A stretch of 64,000 nt of DNA from an uncultured bacterium (GTDB taxonomy: Bacteria; Patescibacteriota; JACMRA01): contig OY969926.1 of the NCBI GenBank assembly GCA_963704645.1, positions 1,024,001 through 1,088,000 on the forward strand. The letters are read 5' to 3'. The translations under genes were made by a program, and so were the position numbers. The notes under the pieces are model-generated. The model was not told where the DNA came from. It did no database searches and saw only the letters and a list, made by a program, of their open reading frames with translations. Position 1 is the stretch's first letter; each line of letters starts with the position of its first letter. Of this stretch, positions 39,276-48,682 are shown one piece after another.

Positions 39276-39587
39276 TTATTTCATCCAAAAGAGCTTACCT
39301 TCAATTTCAATTTTACTTTTTAATTTTAAATTATCTAAGTTTTCCCATTGCAAAACATCAAACAAATAAGGTATTCTTAATTCATTTAATTCCTGTTTAA
39401 TTTTGAATATATCTAATTTTATATTGGAAAATAGACACAAATCTATATCGGAATATTCTTTAAAATCTCCCCTAGCCCGAGACCCAAAAATTATTAATTT
39501 GGATATTTCTGGTATTCTTTCAAAATAATTTTGAATTACCTCAATTTCCTTATTTTGCAAGCCGAATTTTATATTTTGTGCTGACAT
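39276..39587 (-). CDS. Minimal nucleotidyltransferase (MNT)
   Basis: FGSRARGD...SDIDL. Confidence 0.92.
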   Translation of the reverse strand: MSAQNIKFGLQNKEIEVIQNYFERIPEISKLIIFGSRARGDFKEYSDIDLCLFSNIKLDIFKIKQELNELRIPYLFDVLQWENLDNLKLKSKIEIEGKLFWMK

Positions 39588-39981
39588 ATTTTTGCAAAGA
39601 AATTAACTCTGGGTAAAATTGATTATATATTTTGGGGAAAATAGCCTGAATTTCCTGCTCGTCGTAGTTATGACTAGAATAATTTCTAGTGGTTAACATC
39701 TCATCCCAAATATAAAAATCTGATAGAATATTGGCTTTTACTGCCTCCTTAATACTTTCCCTAGGTGTTTTAGTAACAATCTGTTCAAATTCTAAAATAT
39801 CTTTAACCAGCTTCCAAGCCAGCTCAATTGTAAATTCATATCTTTGAAAATAAGCATCACGGGTAATTTCATCTATTTCAGAAATATTTTTTAAGTGAAT
39901 CTCAGAAAGCTTCGCCAAGGCTTTAGAATAGTTACTAAACCTATCTACAATTTTTTCAGAATTAGCTGGAATGTTTGTCAT
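39550..39981 (-). CDS. HEPN/nucleotidyltransferase substrate-binding protein (HI0074 family)
   Basis: QRYEFTIELAWK, RNYSSHNY; likely start ATG 39981; overlaps the MNT gene. Confidence 0.92.
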   Translation of the reverse strand: MTNIPANSEKIVDRFSNYSKALAKLSEIHLKNISEIDEITRDAYFQRYEFTIELAWKLVKDILEFEQIVTKTPRESIKEAVKANILSDFYIWDEMLTTRNYSSHNYDEQEIQAIFPKIYNQFYPELISLQKYVSTKYKIRLAK

Positions 39982-40082
39982 TATAAAGGTATAATTAGTA
40001 GGAAGGTGATACTTTGTCAAAAGATTAGCAAATTTATAAGTTCCACAAAAAATGTAATAGGAGGTTTGCGGTGAAGGCCTAG

Positions 40083-40110
40083 AGGGTGACGACGAGGGGT
40101 TCGCCCCTAC
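40083..40110 (-). repeat. GTAG-type REP palindrome
   Basis: Reverse complement GTAGGGGCGAACCCCTCGTCGTCACCCT; related pieces at 42396-42418, 44155-44215, 62971-62992. Confidence 0.7.
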
Positions 40111-40153
40111 ACTATCTTTGACAACACCACCCTTCTCAACTTTACCCAAATGG

Positions 40154-40663
40154 ATGCCAGATTTTGATGGTCTTTTTGAATTATACTACCCAAAAATATA
40201 TGGGTACTTTTTTCGTAGAGTTTCCAGCAGATCTGACGTTGAAGATTTAACCATGGTAACCCTTACCAATTTCTTTGAAGTTTTAAAGAAGAAAGATCTA
40301 GAAAACCAACAAGGTTATTTGTGGAAAATTGCTCATAATCAATTGGTGAATTTCTATAATTTTAACTCTAAACAGAAAATGATAATTGGCTTTGAAGATA
40401 TTGAAAGTATTGAAAAATATATAAATTTTGATATTGAAGAAAGCCGTTCACCCTATTTTAAAATGAGAATAGAAAGTTTACTTATTTGTTTAGAGAAAAA
40501 TTTAGACACCAAAGATTACCATTTGGTTCAAGCTTCTATTTTTGAAGAAAAAAACTCGGTTGAACTTTCTGCAGAATTTGGACTAAAACCAGAAAACATT
40601 AGGCAAAGACTTTCAAGAATATTTAAAAAGGTTAAAGAAAAATGTAAAAAAATTTGGAATTAA
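40154..40663 (+). CDS. ECF-type RNA polymerase sigma factor
   Basis: YYPKIYGYFFRRV...VEDL...YLWKIAHNQLVNFY (region 2); C-terminal HTH ENIRQRLSR. Confidence 0.88.
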   Translation: MPDFDGLFELYYPKIYGYFFRRVSSRSDVEDLTMVTLTNFFEVLKKKDLENQQGYLWKIAHNQLVNFYNFNSKQKMIIGFEDIESIEKYINFDIEESRSPYFKMRIESLLICLEKNLDTKDYHLVQASIFEEKNSVELSAEFGLKPENIRQRLSRIFKKVKEKCKKIWN

Positions 40664-40731
40664 TTAAGTGCTGAAATTTAAATGTGTCACACTTGTTCCA
40701 AAATATTGTCTATACTTATAAGCCAATAAAA

Positions 40732-42375
40732 ATGCTTCAAAACAATCATCCCAAACCTTTAGAAGAAAACAAGAAAACTTCTAACCAGAACCCTTTTAGT
40801 AAGGAAGAAGTCTTGCAAGACTGGTTAGAAAACGATGTTGATTATTTAAGGTTTAAGAGGGTGGCGATGAAGCAACTAAGGCCAAAGAACAATATATTTA
40901 TGTCCATCCAACAATCTTATTTAAGTTTTGTACACTTAATTACTAAAAATGCCATTGTGGCAACCTTACTAATGCTAATTTCTGCAGGTGCAGTTTCTGC
41001 CTCAGCTTTTGAAGCTTTTGCTCCAGCTGAATACAAACCAAGTACAATTATTCAAAAAACCTTCAACCCTAAGGATTTTGCTGTAAACACAGTTAAAGAA
41101 AAAAACCCTTACACTCCATTAAATTACGACGAAAGTAATAATGTAGCTTTCTTAAGCGAGTGCGATTTAGCTATTAAATACCCTGCTAAATATTCCGATG
41201 GAGAGCCTAGCACGTATTATAGATATTCTAATACTTCAGACCAAGCTGAATCTATCTACATTTCTTCCACCGATCAAAACAAAACAGATTCATATACAGG
41301 TGTAGGAATTACTTGTCTTAAAGACACAACCCTACTTAGCGGCTTAAAATCTGATATAGTAGAAGACGGCCAACCTGCTAGATCTGTTTATGGAAAAGAA
41401 TTAAAAATAGATGGAACCCAATTTATTAAAGACAATCTTGGTTGGTTTATTACTCAGTCAGAGTTAAAAAATGTTAGAATTTACCAGAACACATTTAACA
41501 ATGAGGAATACACAATTTATTTTGAATACAATAATTTATATTATTTAGTTGGCTACCAAACTTCTAATTACACTTTTAATAAATTAGAAACTTCAAGAAA
41601 AGTTAGCGTAGTTAAAGGTTCGGATATTCAAGTTCAATTTATTTCTTTGGTGAATAGCCAAGCCAATAAAACAATTGTGGACGGAACAGGAAAAGTAATT
41701 GACCAAGAAACAATAGCCACCGCTTCAAAAGCAATTATTGTTGAACCAAAAGACAAAGAACTTGTAAAAATGTCTAATGATGTACCATATGTAACGGATG
41801 GTTACGGACAAAATGGAATTTGTGGAGTTTTAGGTGTTACTACTTACAAATACGAGGGCGACCGCCCAGGAGGATATATGCAAATTACAAGTTCTAAATT
41901 AAATTTGGATGATATGCAAAAGAAAAGCTATAACCGTTTTAACGATTTCTTAGACGGAAAAGTTGGTTATAACCCTGATTTTGCAAACGGTATTAATTAT
42001 TTGGAACAGTTCTCTTCATCATGCTCTGGGATTGCGGCCTATACTTCCTTTATTAACGCTCCACAAATTGCTTACCCTAAAACTGACAAAGTAAAAGTGG
42101 TTTACACACTTGCTGGCCAAGCCGAAATAACAGGCCCAGTAGTTTTAGTTTTTGCTTCCAAAGGTGACAACCAAATTTTATTAGAAGATTATATTTCTGA
42201 AATTAAATACCCTCAAATTCCAGCAGCTGTTAAATGTGGCTATAATGTTGAAGATGCAACTAAAAGCAATTTTAACAGGGAATGTTACGAGAATATTTTA
42301 AGAAATGATCCTATGTTAAAAACAATCATGGATCAAGCAGCTAAAGATTTAGTGAAAACTTTTGAGTTAAAATAA
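40732..42375 (+). CDS. Membrane-anchored protein with large extracellular part, putative anti-sigma factor
   Basis: Follows the ECF sigma gene; short N-terminal region, one TM, long Cys-containing C-terminal region. Confidence 0.6.
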   Translation: MLQNNHPKPLEENKKTSNQNPFSKEEVLQDWLENDVDYLRFKRVAMKQLRPKNNIFMSIQQSYLSFVHLITKNAIVATLLMLISAGAVSASAFEAFAPAEYKPSTIIQKTFNPKDFAVNTVKEKNPYTPLNYDESNNVAFLSECDLAIKYPAKYSDGEPSTYYRYSNTSDQAESIYISSTDQNKTDSYTGVGITCLKDTTLLSGLKSDIVEDGQPARSVYGKELKIDGTQFIKDNLGWFITQSELKNVRIYQNTFNNEEYTIYFEYNNLYYLVGYQTSNYTFNKLETSRKVSVVKGSDIQVQFISLVNSQANKTIVDGTGKVIDQETIATASKAIIVEPKDKELVKMSNDVPYVTDGYGQNGICGVLGVTTYKYEGDRPGGYMQITSSKLNLDDMQKKSYNRFNDFLDGKVGYNPDFANGINYLEQFSSSCSGIAAYTSFINAPQIAYPKTDKVKVVYTLAGQAEITGPVVLVFASKGDNQILLEDYISEIKYPQIPAAVKCGYNVEDATKSNFNRECYENILRNDPMLKTIMDQAAKDLVKTFELK

Positions 42376-42517
42376 TTCAATAGTCTAACCTGAATAGGAG
42401 AATGAAGCCTTCCCCTACAAGCCTCAGAGAAATCTGGGGTTTTGTTTTTGTTATAAAATTGACACTTTTGACTAATAGACGGACAGTGTGTTTGCTGTAA
42501 TTTTGGAAGTATTTTAA

Positions 42518-42868
42518 ATGTATACTTTAATTTTATTGCCAACAGAGACACTGGGCGAAATAAGATTAACTGAATTTCTGACAATTTTAAATATACAGAA
42601 AATTTGTCTGCAAGTATCAACAATTAATAGTTACCATGTTGTAATTACCACCGCCAAAGATGTTAATTTAAGTGGAGATATAATTATTTTTATGTTTGAC
42701 CATCTTTCCGAAAGAGAAAACAAATTGATTGATCAGATTAAAGGCGCTTCGACAGGAGTTTCTATATTTAATGAACTTAACCTACTTTTGTTATCAATTT
42801 CACAAAAAGCAGAGCAGCATTATCGCCAACAGTTAGAATCTGTAATTGCTAAAATAAAGTATGGCTGA
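42518..42868 (+). CDS. Orphan hypothetical protein (cassette type)
   Basis: TTGACA near 42459, GGAAG upstream, hairpin CCCTGTT-TACG-AACAGGG downstream. Confidence 0.6.
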   Translation: MYTLILLPTETLGEIRLTEFLTILNIQKICLQVSTINSYHVVITTAKDVNLSGDIIIFMFDHLSERENKLIDQIKGASTGVSIFNELNLLLLSISQKAEQHYRQQLESVIAKIKYG

Positions 42869-43025
42869 AAATCTATTTTAACACCCTACCCCCTGTTTAC
42901 GAACAGGGTTTATATTTGGGATGCCTTGTAAATTTAACAAAAGCGGGTAAATTTGCCTGCTTTTTTATTGCAAAAATTGGCTTTGACCAAAGCTTCTTAT
43001 TATACATTAATTAAGTACTAACACT

Positions 43026-44033
43026 ATGAATATTTGGAAAAGTTTTGATAAACCAATTTGGGCTTTGGCTCCTATGGAAGATGTAACCGACACAGTTTTT
43101 AGGCAGGTAATTATGCATTGTGGAAGGCCAGACATAATGTTCACCGAGTTTACAAATTGTGAAGGCATGCAATCTGCTGGTCAAAAAGCTGTAATTCACA
43201 GACTAAGATATTCACAAATAGAACAACCTCTTATAGCCCAAGTTTGGGGTGTTACACCAGCCGATTATTACAAAACTGCCAGTTTAATTAAAGAAATGGG
43301 TTTTGCCGGAATTGATATAAATATGGGTTGCCCTGTAGCCAAAATTATTAAACAAGGTGCTTGTTCAGCTTTAATTAAAAACCCTAAATTAGCTGGTGAA
43401 ATTTTAAAAGCAGTAAGAGAAGCAGTAGGACCAGATTTTGCAGTAAGTGTAAAAACTAGACTAGGATTTTCCAACTTACAAACAGAAGAATGGTTAGGCT
43501 TTTTGCTAACTCAACCAGTAAATGCTATAACCATTCATGCCAGAACTGTGAAGGAGTTATCTCTTTCTAATCCTCATTGGGACGAAGTTGAAAAGGTGGT
43601 TAAACTACGTTCCCACTTGTTTGTAGACACTAAAAAACAACCAGTTTTAATTGGAAATGGAAGTGTACTTTCTTTAGAAGAAGGTGAACAAATTATTAAA
43701 CAAACTGGGCTAGACGGAATTATGTTTGGTCGGGCAATTTTCCAAAACCCTTGGTTGTTCAACCCAAATTACGAACAAATAAATGGTGAAATAATTAACA
43801 TTAAAACATCTGAACAAATCCATATAAAAGATAGATTGGAACTAATGTTGTATCATTTAAATTTATGGGAAAGTACTTGGGGAAATGAAAAAAGTGTCCA
43901 GATTCTTAAAAAATATTTTAAAATTTATATTCACGGTTTCGACGGAGCTTCCCAAATGCGAGCAGAAGTTATGAATTTGAAAGGTTTGGACGAAATTAAA
44001 AAGTGGGTAACGAGCAAGAATTTTGTTCTTTAG
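43026..44033 (+). CDS. dus: tRNA-dihydrouridine synthase
   Basis: LAPMEDVTD, IDINMGCP, VSVKTRLG, IHART, GNG, GIMFGR. Confidence 0.95.
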   Translation: MNIWKSFDKPIWALAPMEDVTDTVFRQVIMHCGRPDIMFTEFTNCEGMQSAGQKAVIHRLRYSQIEQPLIAQVWGVTPADYYKTASLIKEMGFAGIDINMGCPVAKIIKQGACSALIKNPKLAGEILKAVREAVGPDFAVSVKTRLGFSNLQTEEWLGFLLTQPVNAITIHARTVKELSLSNPHWDEVEKVVKLRSHLFVDTKKQPVLIGNGSVLSLEEGEQIIKQTGLDGIMFGRAIFQNPWLFNPNYEQINGEIINIKTSEQIHIKDRLELMLYHLNLWESTWGNEKSVQILKKYFKIYIHGFDGASQMRAEVMNLKGLDEIKKWVTSKNFVL

Positions 44034-44051
44034 TAGTTATAGCTGACTTTT

Positions 44052-44086
44052 GAGCCCTGTCACCCTGAACTTGTTTCAGGGCCTAA
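44052..44086 (+). repeat. TGTCACCCTGAA-type palindromic repeat, copy 5
   Basis: GAGCCCTGTCACCCTGAACTTGTTTCAGGGCCTAA. Confidence 0.88.
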
Positions 44087-44211
44087 TTGGAGAAATACAA
44101 CCAGTGATTCATTTCTCCACATATTAATAATTCGACACATCTTCATGTCATAATGTAGAGACGAGCTCTTGTCCTACAATATACTTTGCTAAAACGACAA
44201 AGGGTTCGCCC

Positions 44212-44991
44212 CTACGATAAAAACTCTTCTTCCTTAAATTCTGTTAAAATTTCATAGCCTTTTTTGGTTACCATTACAGTGTGTTCAAAATGAGCCGCCC
44301 AGCTTCCATCTACAGTTGTTACTGTCCAACCGTCTTCCGTAGTATCATCAAAATTTACTTCCCCGGAACCTAAAGTAAACATTGGCTCAATAGCCACTAC
44401 CTGGTTTTCAAACAATGTAGCACCCTTCCCTTTTCTGCCAGCATTAGAAATATATGGCTCTTCATGTACAGCCTTTCCAACACCATGTCCACCTAAATCT
44501 AGCACATTTCCTAGGCCATATTCTTTAGCCACTGAGTCTACAGCAAAACCAATATCACCAACTTTACAGCCATTTTTTATCGCCTCAATTCCTTTAGATA
44601 ATGCTAATTCTGTTCCTTCAATTAATTTTAAGGCTTTTTCACCTACATCCCCTACAACGTAAGTTTTAGCAGAATCACTGAACATTCCCTTATAAATAAC
44701 CCCCAAATCTAAACTAACTAAAGCTTTTTCTGGAATAAATTTATGAGCGAAAGGAAGGCCGTGCACAACTTCATCGTTTAAGGAAACAATTAAAGAATAT
44801 TTAAAACCCTGATAACCTAAAAAACTAGGAACTCCACCGTGATCACGAATAAAAGTTTCGGCCAAAGTATTTAATTTGCTTGCCTGTACGCCCTCTTTAA
44901 CTTCTTTAGAAAGCATGTTATAGCAAGACATCAAAATTAAACAACTATGTTTTAAATCATCTTTTTCCTGCTTGTTTTGAAGAATAGCCAT
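44212..44991 (-). CDS. map: Methionine aminopeptidase type I
   Basis: SLNDEVVHGLP, SDSA, GHGVG, HEEP, AIEPM, AHFEHT. Confidence 0.97.
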   Translation of the reverse strand: MAILQNKQEKDDLKHSCLILMSCYNMLSKEVKEGVQASKLNTLAETFIRDHGGVPSFLGYQGFKYSLIVSLNDEVVHGLPFAHKFIPEKALVSLDLGVIYKGMFSDSAKTYVVGDVGEKALKLIEGTELALSKGIEAIKNGCKVGDIGFAVDSVAKEYGLGNVLDLGGHGVGKAVHEEPYISNAGRKGKGATLFENQVVAIEPMFTLGSGEVNFDDTTEDGWTVTTVDGSWAAHFEHTVMVTKKGYEILTEFKEEEFLS

Positions 44992-45085
44992 AATAATGTT
45001 GTTATATTTAAGGTTTTATTATTGTTTCAAAGTTGGCAAATTTTAAGGAAAGAAAAAATGCAACACAACGTTGCACTTTAAATTA

Positions 45086-45462
45086 TCAGGTTGAAATCAA
45101 GCCCTCAAGAAATTTTTGGGAGTAAATCTCGCAATTAAATTTAACTCTATCAAAAAATTGTTGACTATCTTCCCAACTGTTCTGGGGATCCAAAACAATG
45201 ATAAGTTTTGTAGAATCTGAATCTGAATATTTTTCCTCATTAGGCTTAAAACAAATAATTATATTTGACTCTTCAAGTGCTGTACACTTTTCAAAACGAT
45301 GAGAAGTGTACGGATAGCTTGCTACATTTTTATTTAGCAAAGGATATCACTATTGTGTACCTTGTGGTGCACCTTTTTTGATGCTCTAATTAAGCCAAGC
45401 ATTGCAAGAAAGGCAAAATCAGTATTATCAATTTTCTCTGCGAACACATTTAACTTTGACAT
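45086..45462 (-). pseudogene. Orphan cassette gene with a 1-nt frameshift near 45340
   Basis: AAGGA then ATG 45462 (MSKLNVFAEK...); adding one T joins it to the 45086-45340 ORF; terminator TGCAAC..GTTGCA plus T-run. Confidence 0.55.
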
Positions 45463-45622
45463 TGTTTTTTCCTTATAGTTTTAAACCATCATCTTTTTGT
45501 TTAAAACATAAAAAGTTTTCAATGTAAAGCCTTTGGAAATTATTCACATAAGTCTTCGTTTATTTTTGTATAAAATTTACCAATATAAAAGCAAGGCACA
45601 AAACCCTGCTGATAATTTTTAG

Positions 45623-46021
45623 TTAAGCTTTGCTTGATGGCAGCATCTCTTTCATTGCTGGAACTAAACACTTACTAATTTTAAGTCTTTGGCCTTCAAG
45701 AAGTACTGGGTAACAAAATTTGATAAGACAAACCTTAATTAATTCATCTTCAGAAAATTCTTCAAAAGAAGTTCTTAGCAACCAATTATATTGTTCATCA
45801 TGTCCATCAGCTTCACTACCAAAAAAGAATTCTGCATGTACAGGATACTCTTCTTCCAGAACAGATAAAAGTTGATGGTACGACAACAAAGTATCATCGT
45901 TATCAAATTTTATTAGAACTTCAATTGCACTATTTCCATTGTCTGTAGATAATACTTGAATGATCCAGCACAAATACAAATATATGGCATCAACTTCAAC
46001 CTCAAACGCTTTTTTTATCAT
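45623..46021 (-). CDS. Orphan acidic protein (cassette type)
   Basis: AGGAGA SD; downstream GCAGGG...CCTTGC plus T-run. Confidence 0.65.
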   Translation of the reverse strand: MIKKAFEVEVDAIYLYLCWIIQVLSTDNGNSAIEVLIKFDNDDTLLSYHQLLSVLEEEYPVHAEFFFGSEADGHDEQYNWLLRTSFEEFSEDELIKVCLIKFCYPVLLEGQRLKISKCLVPAMKEMLPSSKA

Positions 46022-46182
46022 ATAAATCTCCTATTTCCCGCTGTAGTTTTACAAAATTTATTTTTAGAATTGTTGTAAAGAAAAACTAAACAAATTTAAA
46101 ACTGATAATATTTTATTAAAAGGTTATCTTAACAATTTGAGCATCCTCTCCTCAACTCCCAATAAAACTAAAAACCCTATAT

Positions 46183-46575
46183 ATGCCCTCACCTACACTT
46201 TTCACCAAAATAATTAATGGCCAAATTCCCTGTTATAAAATTTATGAGGACGAATACACTTTTGCCTTTTTAGATATTCACCCCACCCAAATTGGCCACA
46301 CCCTAATTGTTCCCAAAGTTGAAATAGATTATTTTGTTGATGTGCCAGAACCATATTATTCAGCTGTATTTCAAACTGCCAAAAAAATTGCCCCTGTATT
46401 AACCAAAGTGACTTGCAAAAATAGAGTTTTACTTACTGTAGAAGGTTTTGATGTTCCCCATTTTCATTTACATTTAATACCAGCCAATTCTAGTTTGGAA
46501 CTTGGGGAAGGAGGGAAGAGTTTGAACCAGGAAGAGTTTTTAGATTTGCAGGGGAAGATTTTGAAACTTCTATAG
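46183..46575 (+). CDS. HIT-family hydrolase
   Basis: LFTKII, AFLDIHP, GHTLIVPK, VPHFHLHLIP. Confidence 0.95.
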   Translation: MPSPTLFTKIINGQIPCYKIYEDEYTFAFLDIHPTQIGHTLIVPKVEIDYFVDVPEPYYSAVFQTAKKIAPVLTKVTCKNRVLLTVEGFDVPHFHLHLIPANSSLELGEGGKSLNQEEFLDLQGKILKLL

Positions 46576-46662
46576 ATATTGACTTAATCACAAAATTACT
46601 TAACAAGTTTATAATGGTTGATTAATTTCAATCTTAATTTGAAAACAAATGGAGTAAAAAAA

Positions 46663-47283
46663 TTGAGAATTTTAATTGTTGAAGATACCCCACGGCATTC
46701 AAAAGATGCTCATGTTGTAGCAGACCAACTAATTGGTGTTGGGGTTGATTTTGCAACAAATTTAGACCAAGCGCTGGCACTAATTACCAGTAAAGTTTAC
46801 AACGGAGTAATTTCCGATGTTTTCTTTCCTTCTGAAGATGGAGAAGAGGCAACATCGTGGGGCAATGCAGTTACATTAAGTAACGCGCTTACAAACCCTG
46901 AACTTGGTTTTGTGACTTCTCCAGTGCAACATATTTTCATAACAGACCTTGATCATCATGTTGCTGAGATTCGTGATTTTTGTTGGAAAACACCTGTTGA
47001 TATTCATCAAGTAGATGAGCTGAAATACCATTTCTTAACAAGTGGACAGCTAATTGATTACCTCCAAGATAATAGTCCTAAGAAATCATGGACTGTTGCG
47101 TTTCGCTATATTTTGCTAGTGTTGGAATTGCTTCAACTTGAAGACAAAGGCCTATCAATTATTAAAGAGGCAGAGCTCCGTGGCTCTCCCTATGGTGGTA
47201 GCAACCTACGAGATTGTTTGGTTGATAACTCCTCCACTTTTCCTCAACTTGTTTTAAGTGTTTTTGAAAAATACAACGTCTAG
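46663..47283 (+). CDS. Orphan protein with degenerate receiver-like N-terminus
   Basis: RILIVED...VISDVFFP; TTG start after GGAG (alternative start 46618). Confidence 0.65.
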   Translation: MRILIVEDTPRHSKDAHVVADQLIGVGVDFATNLDQALALITSKVYNGVISDVFFPSEDGEEATSWGNAVTLSNALTNPELGFVTSPVQHIFITDLDHHVAEIRDFCWKTPVDIHQVDELKYHFLTSGQLIDYLQDNSPKKSWTVAFRYILLVLELLQLEDKGLSIIKEAELRGSPYGGSNLRDCLVDNSSTFPQLVLSVFEKYNV

Positions 47284-47321
47284 TATTTGAACTGTTTCGC
47301 TAACTAATTAGTACGCATCCC

Positions 47322-47354
47322 AAGAGTAGTAACTCGCTACTCTTTTTTGTTGGG
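47322..47354 (+). terminator. Intrinsic terminator, near-copy at 48580-48613
   Basis: AAGAGTAG-loop-CTACTCTT-TTTTGTTGGG. Confidence 0.85.
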
Positions 47355-47380
47355 AAAAAGTTTTTACTTACTATGTAAAG

Positions 47381-47519
47381 TTTTGATGTTCCCCATTTCC
47401 ACCTACATTTAGTACCAGCCAATTCTAGTTCAGAGCTTGGGGAAGGAAGGAAAGGTTTAAGCAAGATGGAATTTGTGGAATTGCAAGAAAAGATTTTGGA
47501 GGAGTTAGAAATTAAATAA
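47381..47519 (+). pseudogene. Duplicate 3' end of the HIT gene
   Basis: Reads FDVPHFHLHLVPANSSSELGEGRKGLSKMEFVELQEKILEELEIK*; no start codon. Confidence 0.85.
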
Positions 47520-47560
47520 TCTTGAAAAGAAAAAAAGAACCTTGTGGTTCTCTTAAGTTT

Positions 47561-47974
47561 TTAAAACACCCCTTTACTTAAATCACCTTCTTTTATGGCT
47601 TGGATAAACCAATTAATAAACTGAATCAAAACAGAATCATCAGGTTCAAGTTCTTTAAGAACATATTCGACTGAAAGTTCGTCTGCAACATTTCTTGTCA
47701 TGTTAAAATAAACAACTGTTGCAGATACACCTTCTTCCCAAAGAGTGTGGTGCGGGTCCATCGACTCATACATGACAAAAATCAAATTATGTTTTTGCAA
47801 ATATGGCTTGTCAGTTTCAGGAATGTAGTTCCTAATAGGCGCGTAAACTCCTTCAAGTTTGTTGCGGAAAAAATCACTAAGCTTAATGTGTGACGAACTG
47901 GTTGTTATTAACCACAACCCATCAAACCTTACAGCTAAAGTAGATTCAACCCAATGATAGTTGTTAGTTTGCAT
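47561..47974 (-). CDS. Orphan hypothetical protein (cassette type)
   Basis: Likely ATG 47974; TTGACA near 48040; terminator AGAACC-ACAA-GGTTCT plus T-run. Confidence 0.65.
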   Translation of the reverse strand: MQTNNYHWVESTLAVRFDGLWLITTSSSHIKLSDFFRNKLEGVYAPIRNYIPETDKPYLQKHNLIFVMYESMDPHHTLWEEGVSATVVYFNMTRNVADELSVEYVLKELEPDDSVLIQFINWFIQAIKEGDLSKGVF

Positions 47975-48107
47975 TAATTTTATCCTAAAAGGTTTATTAT
48001 TTCCAACTTGTCTAGTAAAATCACGTTTTTTTGCTAATGTCAACAAAATGGTTAAGTAATCTACGTAGCTTAATTTGGATATTTTACTTTATTTATATCG
48101 CATAGTA

Positions 48108-48182
48108 AATTCTAGTTCAGAGCTTGGGGAAGGAAGAGTTTAAGCTAGGAAGAATTTTTAGAGTTGCAGGGGAAGATTTTAA
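48108..48182 (+). pseudogene. Second, shorter and degenerate duplicate of the HIT 3' end
   Basis: AATTCTAGTTCAGAGCTTGGGGAAGGA...TTGCAGGGGAAGATTTT. Confidence 0.8.
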
Positions 48183-48246
48183 GTTATTTACAAAGTTAAA
48201 CTTTTGTTTTTTAATTAGTTTGTAATCTTTATCGAGTCTAAAAATA

Positions 48247-48543
48247 GTGGATTTTTATAAAATTGTTTATGGAGACTACAGATTAATAGCTGGTGAAAGA
48301 ATCAATTCAACCTACCGATCTATTTATTTTTCCCATGATGTAGATTTATACAAAGAGCTAATGCGATGTTTAAATTCTAAAGAGATTATTTGTTTAGATA
48401 GTTTTCAACATTGCTTAGTTCAAACTCAAACAAATTATGAGCAACCTGAAGAAACAGACAAATGCTATTATGTAAGAGAAAGAAATAACTGCGAAATAAA
48501 TAACTTAACCGAGTTTGTTTTATCCAAATCCAGACCTCAATAA
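48247..48543 (+). CDS. Orphan hypothetical protein (cassette type)
   Basis: 98 aa, GTG start, followed by terminator 48580-48613. Confidence 0.55.
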   Translation: MDFYKIVYGDYRLIAGERINSTYRSIYFSHDVDLYKELMRCLNSKEIICLDSFQHCLVQTQTNYEQPEETDKCYYVRERNNCEINNLTEFVLSKSRPQ

Positions 48544-48682
48544 TAGTAAAACCTATTAGTGAATGAGCGGCTTAAATTTAAGAGTAGTAACCGCACTACT
48601 CTTTTTTGTTGGGTAAATTTTTAATATAGCAGCTCACGCACCCCTTAGACAAAATACAAAAGTTTTTATTAGTTAAATTACT

